64,000 nucleotides of DNA from an uncultured Muribaculaceae bacterium (GTDB lineage Bacteria; Bacteroidota; Bacteroidia; Bacteroidales; Muribaculaceae), in assembly GCA_910584905.1 (NCBI GenBank), contig CAJUCQ010000024.1, positions 4,964-68,963 of the forward strand, written 5' to 3'. Under the pieces are notes generated by a model, which saw only the letters and a program-made list of their open reading frames with translations, did not search any database and was not told the origin of the DNA. Shown here in pieces: positions 40,401 through 48,213 of this stretch. The position numbers were made by a program, and so were the translations under genes. The number at the start of each line of letters is the position of its first letter. Positions within the stretch are counted from its first letter, which is position 1.

Positions 40401-41981
40401 GAGCATCTTCACGTAGAGGCTTTGGTCGGTCGACGTGATGTCGCCCGAGAACTCCCCGACCTGATATACTTGCCCGCGGTAGGTATATTCGAAGGCCACG
40501 GCCAGCACCTCGTCGGCGTTCAGCGCCGAGCGCACGGATATGTAGCCGAGTGTCTGGTTCAGCGTGTACTCCGACGAGCTGAGCAGACGGGCGCTTTCGA
40601 CCTTCTCATAGTCCGAGCCGCCGTCGATGCCGTAGGCCGAAAGAGGCGCCAGCGCCTGCGTCACGTTGTTGATGTTGCGCGCCGACGGATATTGCGTCTT
40701 GATGGTCTCAAGCAGGTTGTTCGAGGCGTTGGCCGGATTGGGGAGCGCCGGGTTCGTGCGCCAGTAGTCATTGGCGAGCACGCTGTTCTCGCCGAGGTCC
40801 TGAAAGGCGACGAGATTGCGCGCCTGTTCGTATTTGCCCGTTTTGTTTGTCACCCACACCTCGATACGCGTGATGCTGACGCCCGACGACACGTAGGGCA
40901 GCTTCGAGGCGAAGTCGTCGTAGTTGTCGCGGAAAAAATGCGCGAGGAAAAAGTGGCGGTTCTGGTCATACTCGTCGGCGTTGACGCTGAACTCCGTCGT
41001 CTGCGCGCCGCCCTTTGTGTTCACGGTCTTTGACTCCGAGTTTTGTTGCGACACAAGAGCCGTGGCCGTGAGCTTGCCGAACTGCAGCTTGGTCTTGAAG
41101 CCGAAAAGAGCCGTCGACCCGCGGATGAGCGACGACCCCGTGGTCATCGACACATTGCCCGCCTCGATGCTCTTGACGATATCGTCTTCCTGACCCTCGT
41201 ATGCCAGCTTGAGGTTCTTGGAGTCGAAATCGAATGTGGCGTCCGTGTTATAGCTCATGTTGAACTTCATTCGGTCGCCGACCGACGCGTTGATGGTGGC
41301 TTGGATTTTTTGGTCGAAGTCGAAATAGGTCTTGCGCCGCGACGACAGCGACAGCGACGGATTGTCAGTCTTGTTGCTCTTGATGCCCATCTGCACCTGC
41401 ACCGACCCTTGCGTCTTGAGCTGGACGCCGCCCGGCCCGAATATCTTCTCAAGAGGCCCGAGGGCGAAATTCATGTCGAAGATATTGAACGGCTGTTTCT
41501 CCTTGTCGGTGATAAGCTCCTGATTGCGCGTGCGATAGTACTGCTGCATCGACTTGCGCAGTTGCCAGTTGTTGTACTGCTCGGCCGAGAGCATGAACGG
41601 CGTGGCGATGTCGAAATCGCCCACTCGCGTATGCACGATATACGACCCCGTGGCCGCGTCGTACTCCGCCTCCGTGCGTATGTTCGAAGGCGCCGAGAGG
41701 TCGTAGGCAAGCTCGTTTTCCATCAGCTGCTCATAATTCTCCGGCACGGTCTGGAGCACAGGGAAGGGCATCATAATCGAATCCGCGGGCGGAGCCGGAG
41801 GATAAGCCCCCGGAGCCGGAGGCTTGAGCTCGCTTTTGTAGTATTGGGCCGAAGCCCCCGGGATAAGCCACATCACCACAAGCGCCATCACAAAGACGCC
41901 TCCGCCGCCACCGAGGCGGCGGTAGAGACGCCCGAGAGCGTGTGCAGGATTATATTTCCGGTAAGCTTCTTGAAACTTCAT
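34491..41981 (-). CDS. sprA: T9SS outer-membrane translocon SprA (Sov)
   Basis: 2496 aa. FDFDQKIQ, YNTDATFDF, LMMKNVYSLG, NIEYVQFW, VWVNELKV; located downstream of ruvA, a conserved Bacteroidetes synteny. Exact start uncertain. Confidence 0.93.
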   Translation of the reverse strand: MKFQEAYRKYNPAHALGRLYRRLGGGGGVFVMALVVMWLIPGASAQYYKSELKPPAPGAYPPAPPADSIMMPFPVLQTVPENYEQLMENELAYDLSAPSNIRTEAEYDAATGSYIVHTRVGDFDIATPFMLSAEQYNNWQLRKSMQQYYRTRNQELITDKEKQPFNIFDMNFALGPLEKIFGPGGVQLKTQGSVQVQMGIKSNKTDNPSLSLSSRRKTYFDFDQKIQATINASVGDRMKFNMSYNTDATFDFDSKNLKLAYEGQEDDIVKSIEAGNVSMTTGSSLIRGSTALFGFKTKLQFGKLTATALVSQQNSESKTVNTKGGAQTTEFSVNADEYDQNRHFFLAHFFRDNYDDFASKLPYVSSGVSITRIEVWVTNKTGKYEQARNLVAFQDLGENSVLANDYWRTNPALPNPANASNNLLETIKTQYPSARNINNVTQALAPLSAYGIDGGSDYEKVESARLLSSSEYTLNQTLGYISVRSALNADEVLAVAFEYTYRGQVYQVGEFSGDITSTDQSLYVKMLKSTTTSPQLPMWKLMMKNVYSLGGYQIQKSKFRLNIKYLSDTTGTQINYLPVPGLNNQSLLQVMNLDRIDSNEDSNPDGFFDFIEGYTIMAQQGKVIFPVVEPFGSHLRKKINNPALADQYVYQELYDSTLVVARQYADKNKFILQGEYQASAGSQIRLNAMNVPRGSVIVTAGGVTLTENSDYTVDYAMGIVTITNQSIIDSGQNISVTLENQSLFSMQRKTLLGLDLQYQVNKNLNIGGTLLHFSEKALLEKVNIGDEVVNNTMVGLNLNYNGEFMWLTNLLNKIPTVNATAPSSLNLTAEYARLLPHAQRSGSNKGSSYVDDFENTQTGIDLRSPYSWFLASTPYDPSPDALFPEASLSNNVAYGKNRALLNWYYIDRMFTQRNSSLAPGYIKSDLKQLSNPYVREVTSREIFQGRELGYGESSTIQTLNLSFYPDERGPYNLDATNIDDAGRLLNPEKRWGGIMRRLDNTNFEQSNIEYVQFWLLNPFLDPENPNLEGGDLYLNFGELSEDILKDGLKSYENGIPYDGNNQYLKETVWGRVSSQNSLTYSFDNATGARLAQDVGLDGLPNDDEFAFPSYAEYLAELRQRLSPQTVAEMENDPFSPLRDPAGDNYHFYRGYDYDEQRIGVLERYKRYNGVEGNSLSPEDASDPLYQSSRATPDVEDINQDNTLNEYERYFQYRVSIRPEDLVVGKNYITDKQTSLVPTRDPQNPDLEVEWYQFKIPLSDFEKIVGGISDFSTIRFARMFMTGFKKPTHLRFATFELVRGEWRSYDFNLNSRGDAPAQGQLDISVVNIEENAGREPVNYVLPPGVTRIQDPSQSQITQLNEQSMSLKVTDLTAGDARAVYRNTQLDLRNYKRLQMWIHAEAPIDNTTDTRTGDLSAFIRLGTDVKNNFYEYEIPLELTAPKKYSDSNADRELVWPENNYLNFNLQSLVDLKKERNRAKRAEEEGVGYGVLYTGRDPDNNRNRMAVLGNPSLSDVRVILIGIRNNSATTKDGTVWVNELKVTDFAEEGGWAAKANATLALSDVATLNLGGHFETAGFGGVDQSLNERRLDDFQQYNVAVQADLGRFLPEKAKLRAPVYYSRSEEKTSPKYNPLDQDVLLKDALNDCTTKAERDSISSYAVERTSIQNFSLSGLKFDVKSKNPMPWDPANFTVNFSFSKQSKNDPTTEYENTNDYRGALQYNYSPYFKAFKPFKGLKSKNKNARFLKEWELNWLPTNISFQTNMSRYYYEQQTRSETDQMFQLPVSVSKNFLWDRQLALTWNITKTLSLTFNSNTSARIEETVGAVNRKLFPDKYKEWKDTVWQSIRSMGTPWAYNQTFTGQYRAPFSKIPFLDFLTANVSYNATYRWDRGATIDGTSMGNSIANQAAWNADGRINFEGFYNKITFLKEVNKRFANTRRPNTTTRKPKRFEKAFALKPDTTLVIKHNLRTKKVKVTAVTADGNKPFAVKTKIIDANNVEILTRGDQNIKFTVLELLKDEKSLMREIGEYATRLVMSPRNVSVRYRNTRTMSLPLFRPEIGNIFGESTSYGPMAPGLDFAFGFTDESYIRKALDRGWLITDDGQTSPAVWGRTNELNIEANLEIFKGFKIQLTFNRTDNRTSQVQFMYDGMPTSLAGSYTKTHMALGTALRSSKADDGYNSAAFNTFLANIPEIRDRVEAQYAGLRYPDGGFIAGTPEAGKPFSPATGEVSRTSSDVLIPAFMAAYSGSSAESVTLNPFPDFSSVLPNWRVTYDGLINMGNMRNIFKSFTLSHAYQCTYSVGSFSSYLNWVSADGGNLGFTLDELSGLPVPSSPFNISSVAITERFAPLFGVKATMKNDLQFNAEWRDQRTLTLNTSAGQVVEATTKGITVGVGYKIIGFNTVLKMKGSAQGVSNDLTLNADFSFQNTQALIRRIESNYTQPTSGANTLGINFTASYILSKRITLQAYFDHQVNTPLVTTSSYPTTNSSYGISINLSLAR

Positions 41982-42058
41982 TGCAGAAACGGAGCGCGCT
42001 CACGGGGCCACAGCTGTTGGGGCCGCGAAGACCGGCGACGCGCGCAGGGTAGGGGGGC

Positions 42059-42655
42059 TTAAAGACGCGGGAGCGCCTTCTTGATGGCCTGTTCGGCCTT
42101 GAGCGTCGGGTCTTCGTCGAAGATGGCCGAAAGCACCTTGTCGGAAGCCTTGCGGTCAAACCCGAGCATCATAAGCGCGGCGTGGGCCTCGTCGAAAGCA
42201 TCGCTCCTCCGCGCCGCTTCCGCGCCTGACTGCAATACTAACGTATGACCCGTCGGTTTTATTTTATCGCGGAGGTCAACAATTATTCTTTCCGCCGTTT
42301 TTGTCCCTATTCCCTTTACGCCCTTGAGCCGTTTGGCATCGCCCGTGGCGATTACGGCGCCCAGCTCGTTCGCCCCCAGCGACGACAGCACAATCATTGC
42401 CGTCGAAGCTCCGACGCCGCTGACGCCTATCAGCAGCCTGAACAGTTCCCGCTCGCGCTCGTCGGCAAAACCGTAGAGCGTATAGGCGTCCTCGCGGATG
42501 GATTCATGCACCAGAAGCTTGGCCTCGCTGCGGCCCTCGATGGCGCTGAACGTCGGGAGCGAGATATTAAGCAGATAACCGACGCCGCCTGACGTCTCTA
42601 TCACCGCCGCCGCCGGATTGAGCGCCGCAACGGCGCCGCGGATATATTCTATCAT
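42059..42655 (-). CDS. ruvA: Holliday junction branch migration protein RuvA
   Basis: MIEYIRG, GVGY, IREDAYTLYGF, LIGVSGVGA and GIGTKTAERIIVDL. Confidence 0.96.
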   Translation of the reverse strand: MIEYIRGAVAALNPAAAVIETSGGVGYLLNISLPTFSAIEGRSEAKLLVHESIREDAYTLYGFADERERELFRLLIGVSGVGASTAMIVLSSLGANELGAVIATGDAKRLKGVKGIGTKTAERIIVDLRDKIKPTGHTLVLQSGAEAARRSDAFDEAHAALMMLGFDRKASDKVLSAIFDEDPTLKAEQAIKKALPRL

Positions 42656-42691
42656 GATGTTATGACTCGTGTGGATGGTTCGACACTATAA

Positions 42692-42743
42692 GCATCGGAA
42701 GAGTGTCGGGGGGCCGCTGTGGGGCCCGACACGCTCCCGATGC
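42692..42743 (-). terminator. Long GC-rich hairpin between CoA-transferase and ruvA
   Basis: 19-bp stem with one G-U pair and one mismatch on the minus strand; only a weak U-tail. Confidence 0.5.
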
Positions 42744-42783
42744 CTGTCTTTTATGGCCGGTCGCCGCTATGTGCGACGCCGCA

Positions 42784-44280
42784 TCAGCAGTATTTGCCGA
42801 AGTCGGCGTTGCGCATGTCGCCGCTTTCGTTGAACGAGTTGTGGAACTCAAAAGCCGCCTTGAGCGTGCAGGGCGTCTGGCCGTTCTTGCCGCCGAGCTT
42901 GAGGTAGTCCCACAAAAGCTCCTTGTACATCGGATGCGCGCACTTCTCGATTATCAGTCGGGCGCGTTCTTCGGGGTCTTTGTGACGGAGGTCGGCAACG
43001 CCTTGGTCCGTGACGAGGATGTCGACTGAGTGCTCGCTGTGGTCAGGGTGCGCAACCATGGGGACGATGTTCGAAATCATGCCGCCCTTCGACACCGACG
43101 GGCAGCTGAATATCGACAGATAAGCGTTGCGCGTGAAGTCGCCCGAACCGCCGATGCCGTTCATCATCCTCGTCCCGAGCACGTGAGTCGAATTCACCGA
43201 CCCGAAGAGGTCAGCCTCAAGGGCCGTATTCATGGCGATGACGCCTATGCGGCGGATTACCTCCGGATTGTTCGAAATCTCGGCCGGACGCATCAGAATC
43301 TTGTCGTGGAAAAAGTCGATGTCAGCGAAGAGCTTGCGCTCGGTGTCATCGGAGAATGTCATCGAGCACGTCGAAGCGAACGTGCATTTTCCTTTCTTCA
43401 GAAGCTCAAGCACAGCGTCCTGAACCACTTCCGTGTACATCATGAAGTTGGGAAGCTCCTTGCTCTCGCCGAGGTCGTAGAGCACGGCGTTAGCCACGTT
43501 GCCCACGCCGCTCTGCAGCGGGAGGAATTCTTTGGGAAGTCGGCCGGCCATGTATTCGCCCACAAGGAAGTTGACAACGTTCGAGCCGATCTGCTGGCTC
43601 ACCTCGTCAACTGCCGTGAAGGGCTTCACGCCGTCGAGCATATTGTTGCGAACGATGCCCACGACCTTCGAGGGGTCGATTTTGAGCACCAGAGAGCCGA
43701 TGCGGTCGTTGGCCGCATAGATGGGCACCTCGCGGCGGTGGGGAGGATCCTGAAGCAGCACAACGTCGTGCATCCCGAGGAGGCTCTTCGGAAGAGCCTC
43801 GTTCAGCTCGATAAAGATTTTATTCGCCATGCGGGCGTATGTGGGGATATTGCCGATGCCCGTGCCGAGGATGATTTCGCCGTCGGGGGTGATGTCGGCC
43901 GCCTCTATGATGGCGTAGTCGATTTTGCCGTAAAAGCCATAGCGCATCTCCTGAGCCATCTCCGAGAGATGACGGTCGAAGTAGTGCACGTCATGGCAGT
44001 TGATGCGTTTGCGCAGGTCCGGGACGTTCTGATACGGAGCGCGCATGTTGATGGCGTTGGCGCGAGAGAGGGCGCCGTCGACGAGGTCGCTTGTCGATGC
44101 TCCGGTGAAAAGATTGACCTTGAACGGGCGGCCGGCTTCATGCTCGCGTTCAGCCTTGGCCGCAAGAGCCTTAGTGATTACTTTCGGCGTCCCGGGGGCG
44201 GTAAAACCCGAAAGACCCAAGGTGTCGCCATCCTTAATCATTTCAGCGGCTTCCTGAGCCGTGATGTAGTTGAATGCCAT
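42784..44280 (-). CDS. Succinate/acetate CoA-transferase (acetyl-CoA hydrolase/transferase family)
   Basis: Probable start MAFNYITAQEAA at 44280. SGFTAPGTPK, LFTGAST, LQSGVGNVANAV, YTEVVQD and MMNGIGGSGDF. Confidence 0.92.
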   Translation of the reverse strand: MAFNYITAQEAAEMIKDGDTLGLSGFTAPGTPKVITKALAAKAEREHEAGRPFKVNLFTGASTSDLVDGALSRANAINMRAPYQNVPDLRKRINCHDVHYFDRHLSEMAQEMRYGFYGKIDYAIIEAADITPDGEIILGTGIGNIPTYARMANKIFIELNEALPKSLLGMHDVVLLQDPPHRREVPIYAANDRIGSLVLKIDPSKVVGIVRNNMLDGVKPFTAVDEVSQQIGSNVVNFLVGEYMAGRLPKEFLPLQSGVGNVANAVLYDLGESKELPNFMMYTEVVQDAVLELLKKGKCTFASTCSMTFSDDTERKLFADIDFFHDKILMRPAEISNNPEVIRRIGVIAMNTALEADLFGSVNSTHVLGTRMMNGIGGSGDFTRNAYLSIFSCPSVSKGGMISNIVPMVAHPDHSEHSVDILVTDQGVADLRHKDPEERARLIIEKCAHPMYKELLWDYLKLGGKNGQTPCTLKAAFEFHNSFNESGDMRNADFGKYC

Positions 44281-44314
44281 GGTGATATTGAATGGTTTTA
44301 TGGTTTGATTTTTT

Positions 44315-44758
44315 TCAGTCTTTGTATTTGGGACGCAGTATTTCCGCCCAGATGATGCCGCGGCGAAGGTCGTCGCTGTCGCATCCCGCAGACTCCGGCG
44401 CCCCCGTCGCTGCGGCTCCGTCGGTGATGCCTTCGTCGGCGTTGACGTCAACCGTCGACCGGACGCCCTCCTCGCCCGTGATAAACGGGCTGACGCGCGT
44501 ATCGACGCCGGTCGGAAATTCCGCCGCGCTGCTTGGCTCCCACGGCCGGAAATCGGCCTGCTTGCGCTCCTGTGCCTGCGCACGAGGCGCCGGCGCGCTC
44601 CGCTTGGGCCGCGGGGCGGCCTTTGCGCCTTTCTGAGCCGCAGGCTTGCCCTTGCCCTTTTGGACGTGCTCAAGCAGGGGGGTGATGACGCTGCCCCATA
44701 GAGCAGCGCCTACAATTCCTATTCCGATTATAATATCGCCGAGTTCGCCTAAGTCCAC
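44315..44758 (-). CDS. Small membrane-anchored hypothetical protein
   Basis: Probable GTG start at 44758, an N-terminal TM helix, a low-complexity linker and C-terminal DLRRGIIWAEILRPKY. Confidence 0.65.
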   Translation of the reverse strand: MDLGELGDIIIGIGIVGAALWGSVITPLLEHVQKGKGKPAAQKGAKAAPRPKRSAPAPRAQAQERKQADFRPWEPSSAAEFPTGVDTRVSPFITGEEGVRSTVDVNADEGITDGAAATGAPESAGCDSDDLRRGIIWAEILRPKYKD

Positions 44759-44763
44759 TTTTT

Positions 44764-44809
44764 TTTGTAATTTTGCACAAAAATACGCATTCTTGTGCAA
44801 AGTCACAAA
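44764..44809. promoter_or_regulatory. Palindromic overlapping divergent promoter region (miaB / small membrane protein)
   Basis: 21-bp inverted repeat with 3 mismatches. Contains TAATTTTG on plus (44768-75) and TATTTTTG / TGACTTTG on minus. Confidence 0.6.
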
Positions 44810-44825
44810 TTTTTATCCTGAAGAA

Positions 44826-46184
44826 ATGGCTGAAATTTCTAACCCTGAGAAGAAAATATATATCGAGACCTACGGCTGTCAGATGAACGTCGCCGACTCC
44901 GAGGTCGTGGCTTCAATCGCCGGAATGGCCGGATACGAGCTTTCCGACACACTCGACGGCGCATCGGCCGTCCTCCTCAATACTTGCTCCATCCGCGACA
45001 ACGCCGAGCAGAAAATCATATCCCGCCTGCAGGTCCTCAACTCCATCCGACGTCGCAAGGACTCCCCCCTCCGTATTATCGGCGTAATAGGCTGTATGGC
45101 CGAGCGCGTCAAGGACGAACTCACCACATCCTACGGCGTCGACCTCGTCGCAGGCCCCGACTCATACCTCGACCTCCCGGCCCTCCTCGCCGCCGCCGAG
45201 ACCGGCCGGAAAGCCGTCAACGTGGAGCTGAGCACCACTGAAACATACCGCGACATCGTCCCCGTGCGCATCCCCGGAAAAAACGTCGGCGGATGGATCA
45301 GCATCATGCGCGGATGCAACAATTTCTGCTCATACTGCATCGTGCCCTATACCCGAGGCCGCGAACGCTCACGTCCCATAGCGAGCATTCTCCGCGAACT
45401 TGCCGACCTCCGCGAACGCGGATACCGCGAAGTCACCCTCCTCGGCCAGAACGTCAACAGCTACTCTTATACCGACGAAACCTCAGGCCGCACCGTCGCA
45501 TTCCCCGACCTCCTTGCCGCTGTCGCCGAAGCCGCCCCGGAAATGCGCGTCCGCTTCACCACATCACACCCCAAGGACATGAGCGACCGCACCATCGACG
45601 TGATTGCATCCCACCCCAACATCTGCCGCTCGATACACCTCCCGGTCCAGAGCGGCTCCGACAAGGTCCTTGCGGCGATGAACCGCAAGTACACCCGCGA
45701 ATGGTATCTCGGACGCATCGACGCTATCCGCAGCCGCATCCCCGACTGCGCCATCTCCACCGACCTTTTCACCGGATTCCATGACGAATCCGAAGACGAC
45801 TTCCGCGACACCCTCTCGCTCATGGAAGAAGTCGGTTTCGACTCAGCCTTCATGTTCAAATACTCCGAGCGCCCCGGCACCCTCGCTGCCCGGACAATGC
45901 CCGACAACATCCCTGAAGACGTCAAAATCGAACGCCTCAACCGCATGATCGAGCTTCAGAATCGCCTCTCGCTCGAATCGAACCGCCGCGACATTGGAAA
46001 GACCTTCGAAGTACTCGTCGAAGGCGTCGCCAAGCGCAGCCGCGAGCAGATGGTGGGACGCACAAGCCAGAACAAGACGGCCGTATTCCCCCGCCGCGAA
46101 GGCGTCAAAGTCGGCGACTTCGTCAGCGTTATCGTCAAAGACGCATCCTCCGCAACGCTCCTTTGTGAGCTTTGCGACGACTGA
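44826..46184 (+). CDS. miaB: tRNA-2-methylthio-N6-dimethylallyladenosine synthase MiaB
   Basis: IETYGCQMNVADSE, NTCSIRDNAE, radical-SAM CNNFCSYC and a C-terminal TRAM domain. Probable start ATG 44826. Confidence 0.96.
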   Translation: MAEISNPEKKIYIETYGCQMNVADSEVVASIAGMAGYELSDTLDGASAVLLNTCSIRDNAEQKIISRLQVLNSIRRRKDSPLRIIGVIGCMAERVKDELTTSYGVDLVAGPDSYLDLPALLAAAETGRKAVNVELSTTETYRDIVPVRIPGKNVGGWISIMRGCNNFCSYCIVPYTRGRERSRPIASILRELADLRERGYREVTLLGQNVNSYSYTDETSGRTVAFPDLLAAVAEAAPEMRVRFTTSHPKDMSDRTIDVIASHPNICRSIHLPVQSGSDKVLAAMNRKYTREWYLGRIDAIRSRIPDCAISTDLFTGFHDESEDDFRDTLSLMEEVGFDSAFMFKYSERPGTLAARTMPDNIPEDVKIERLNRMIELQNRLSLESNRRDIGKTFEVLVEGVAKRSREQMVGRTSQNKTAVFPRREGVKVGDFVSVIVKDASSATLLCELCDD

Positions 46185-46200
46185 TTCCCCCGGACGCGAT

Positions 46201-48138
46201 ATGTCATCCGCTTCCGCACGCGCCGTCATCGACAGACAGCGCACCCTTCTGCGCATAGAATACGATGAGGAGAAAAGCACCTTCTTCCGCATCGTCGATG
46301 CCGCCGGCGTGGGCCGCCTCGCGGCCCGGGGGCGCGCGTGGTTTCCCGTGGCCGCAGGCCGTTCGTATTACAACTCCCTTGACAGGCGCGTGATCGAAGT
46401 GCTCCGCACCGGCCTCGACCCCGAGATCGACGAAGCCCCCGACCACGAATTCGACTACGGACGCCCCGTAATATTCTTTACCGTCTCGGGCGATGCAGGC
46501 GCATCGCCCCGCATCCTCTTCTCTGGCACGGTCAGCTATGTCGACGGCGATCGCATGCTCGTCACCATCCCCGACGACGCCGACACGGCCGCCCTCGATG
46601 CCCGAGGCGTCCGACCCGGCGTGATGCTCTCGTTCGACGAGACATCATACCGCGTCATGTTCGAAGCCCTCGACGCCGTGGCCGCCGACAAAGGCCGCTT
46701 GGCCGAACTGAACGAACTCTTCTCATCGACAGCCCTGACCCCCGCGAGGCTCTCGCTCCCACACCTCGGATTCCCGTACCTCAACCCCTCTCAGGAGACT
46801 GCCGTAAACAACGTCCTCCGCGCTCGCGACGTCGCCATCGTCCACGGCCCGCCCGGAACCGGAAAAACCACCACACTCGTTGAAGCTATATACGCCACTC
46901 TCCGACGCGAAAGTCAGGTCCTCGTTTGCGCGCAAAGCAACATGGCCGTCGACTGGATTTCCGAAAAACTCGTCGACCGGGGCATAAACGTCCTCCGCAT
47001 CGGCAACCCTTCGCGCGTCAACGACAAGATGCTCGCTTTCACATACGAGCGCCGCTTCGAAGCCCACCCCGACTATCCGGCCCTATGGAGCATACGGAAG
47101 GCCCTCCGCGAACTCCGCGGCCAACGCCGACGCTCCGAACAGTGGCATCAGAAAACCGACCGCCTCCGAAGTCGCGCCCAAGAACTCGAAATCCGCATCA
47201 ACAACGACATATTCGCCTCGGCCCACGTCGTAGCCTCGACCCTCGTCGGGAGTGCTTCGCCGATACTCACCGGCATGAAATTCGCCACCGTATTCGTCGA
47301 CGAAGCCGCGCAGGCCCTCGAAGCCGCTTGCTGGATTCCGCTCCGGCGCGCATCCCGAATCATCCTCGCCGGCGACCACTGCCAGCTCCCCCCGACGGTC
47401 AAATCCGTCGAGGCCGCGCGCGGCGGACTCGGGCGCTCGATGATGGAACGCATCGCCGGAAACCACCCCGAGTGCGTCACGCTCCTCTCGATTCAATACC
47501 GCATGCACCGCGACATCATGCGCTTCTCAAGCGAAAACTTCTACGGCGGTGCAATCGTGGCCGCCTCCGAAGTCGAAAACCGCGGAATCCTCGACCTCGA
47601 CATCCCTGTCAGCTGGGTCGACACTGCCGCCGCGCACGACCCCGACGACGACTCATCTTCAGCCGACGACCCCGACCTCATATTCCGCGAAGCATTGGCC
47701 GGCGACACATTCGGCCGCGTCAACAAAGCCGAAGCCCGCCTTACCCTCGACACACTCCGCCGATACTTCGAACGCATAGGCCGCGGGCGCATCCTTGAAG
47801 AAGCCATCGACGTCGGCATCATCTCGCCATACCGCGCTCAGGTCCGCTACATCCGAAGTCTGATTCGGCGCGAACCGTGGACAAAGCCATTCCGGCGCTT
47901 ACTGTCCGTAAACACCGTCGACGGATTTCAGGGGCAGGAGCGCGACGTCATAATCATATCTCTCGTCCGCAACAACGACCGCCGTCAGATAGGATTCCTC
48001 CGCGACCTGCGCCGTATCAACGTAGCCATGACCCGCGCACGAATGAAACTAATAATTGTGGGCGACGTCCCCACACTCACCTCAGCCCATCCGTTCTACC
48101 GCCGCCTCCACGACTATATCAACTCCCTCGGACAATAA
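46201..48138 (+). CDS. Superfamily 1 helicase, Upf1/IGHMBP2/DNA2-like
   Basis: HGPPGTGKTT, CAQSNMAVD, DEAAQ, GDHCQLPP, QYRMH, TVDGFQGQE and NVAMTRAR. Probable start ATG 46201. Confidence 0.9.
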   Translation: MSSASARAVIDRQRTLLRIEYDEEKSTFFRIVDAAGVGRLAARGRAWFPVAAGRSYYNSLDRRVIEVLRTGLDPEIDEAPDHEFDYGRPVIFFTVSGDAGASPRILFSGTVSYVDGDRMLVTIPDDADTAALDARGVRPGVMLSFDETSYRVMFEALDAVAADKGRLAELNELFSSTALTPARLSLPHLGFPYLNPSQETAVNNVLRARDVAIVHGPPGTGKTTTLVEAIYATLRRESQVLVCAQSNMAVDWISEKLVDRGINVLRIGNPSRVNDKMLAFTYERRFEAHPDYPALWSIRKALRELRGQRRRSEQWHQKTDRLRSRAQELEIRINNDIFASAHVVASTLVGSASPILTGMKFATVFVDEAAQALEAACWIPLRRASRIILAGDHCQLPPTVKSVEAARGGLGRSMMERIAGNHPECVTLLSIQYRMHRDIMRFSSENFYGGAIVAASEVENRGILDLDIPVSWVDTAAAHDPDDDSSSADDPDLIFREALAGDTFGRVNKAEARLTLDTLRRYFERIGRGRILEEAIDVGIISPYRAQVRYIRSLIRREPWTKPFRRLLSVNTVDGFQGQERDVIIISLVRNNDRRQIGFLRDLRRINVAMTRARMKLIIVGDVPTLTSAHPFYRRLHDYINSLGQ

Positions 48139-48148
48139 TAAACAGCAA

Positions 48149-48182
48149 AAGCGCCGTGCCCCTTGACCGGGACACGGCGCTT
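48149..48182. terminator. Terminator between convergent helicase and PUL
   Basis: AAGCGCCGTG / CACGGCGCTT stem with an A-run on the left. Confidence 0.7.
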
Positions 48183-48213
48183 GCTTCAGATACTTATCGT
48201 TTGCGAGCGGAAC

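Noticed and set aside
34491..42655. ruvA next to sprA as an unusual link between recombination and secretion
   Set aside because: This adjacency is common in Bacteroidetes and is not novel.
46201..48138. Upf1-like helicase as an anti-phage defence gene
   Set aside because: It has host-like composition, is coupled to miaB, and has no nuclease or other defence partner nearby; it looks like a core Bacteroidales gene.
24000..48200. Impression that plus-strand genes here are more C/A-rich than those at 1-10 kb, hinting at an inversion
   Set aside because: Spot counts were inconclusive and skew also varies within single genes. No flanking repeats or recombinase seen; a cumulative skew plot and synteny comparison would be needed.
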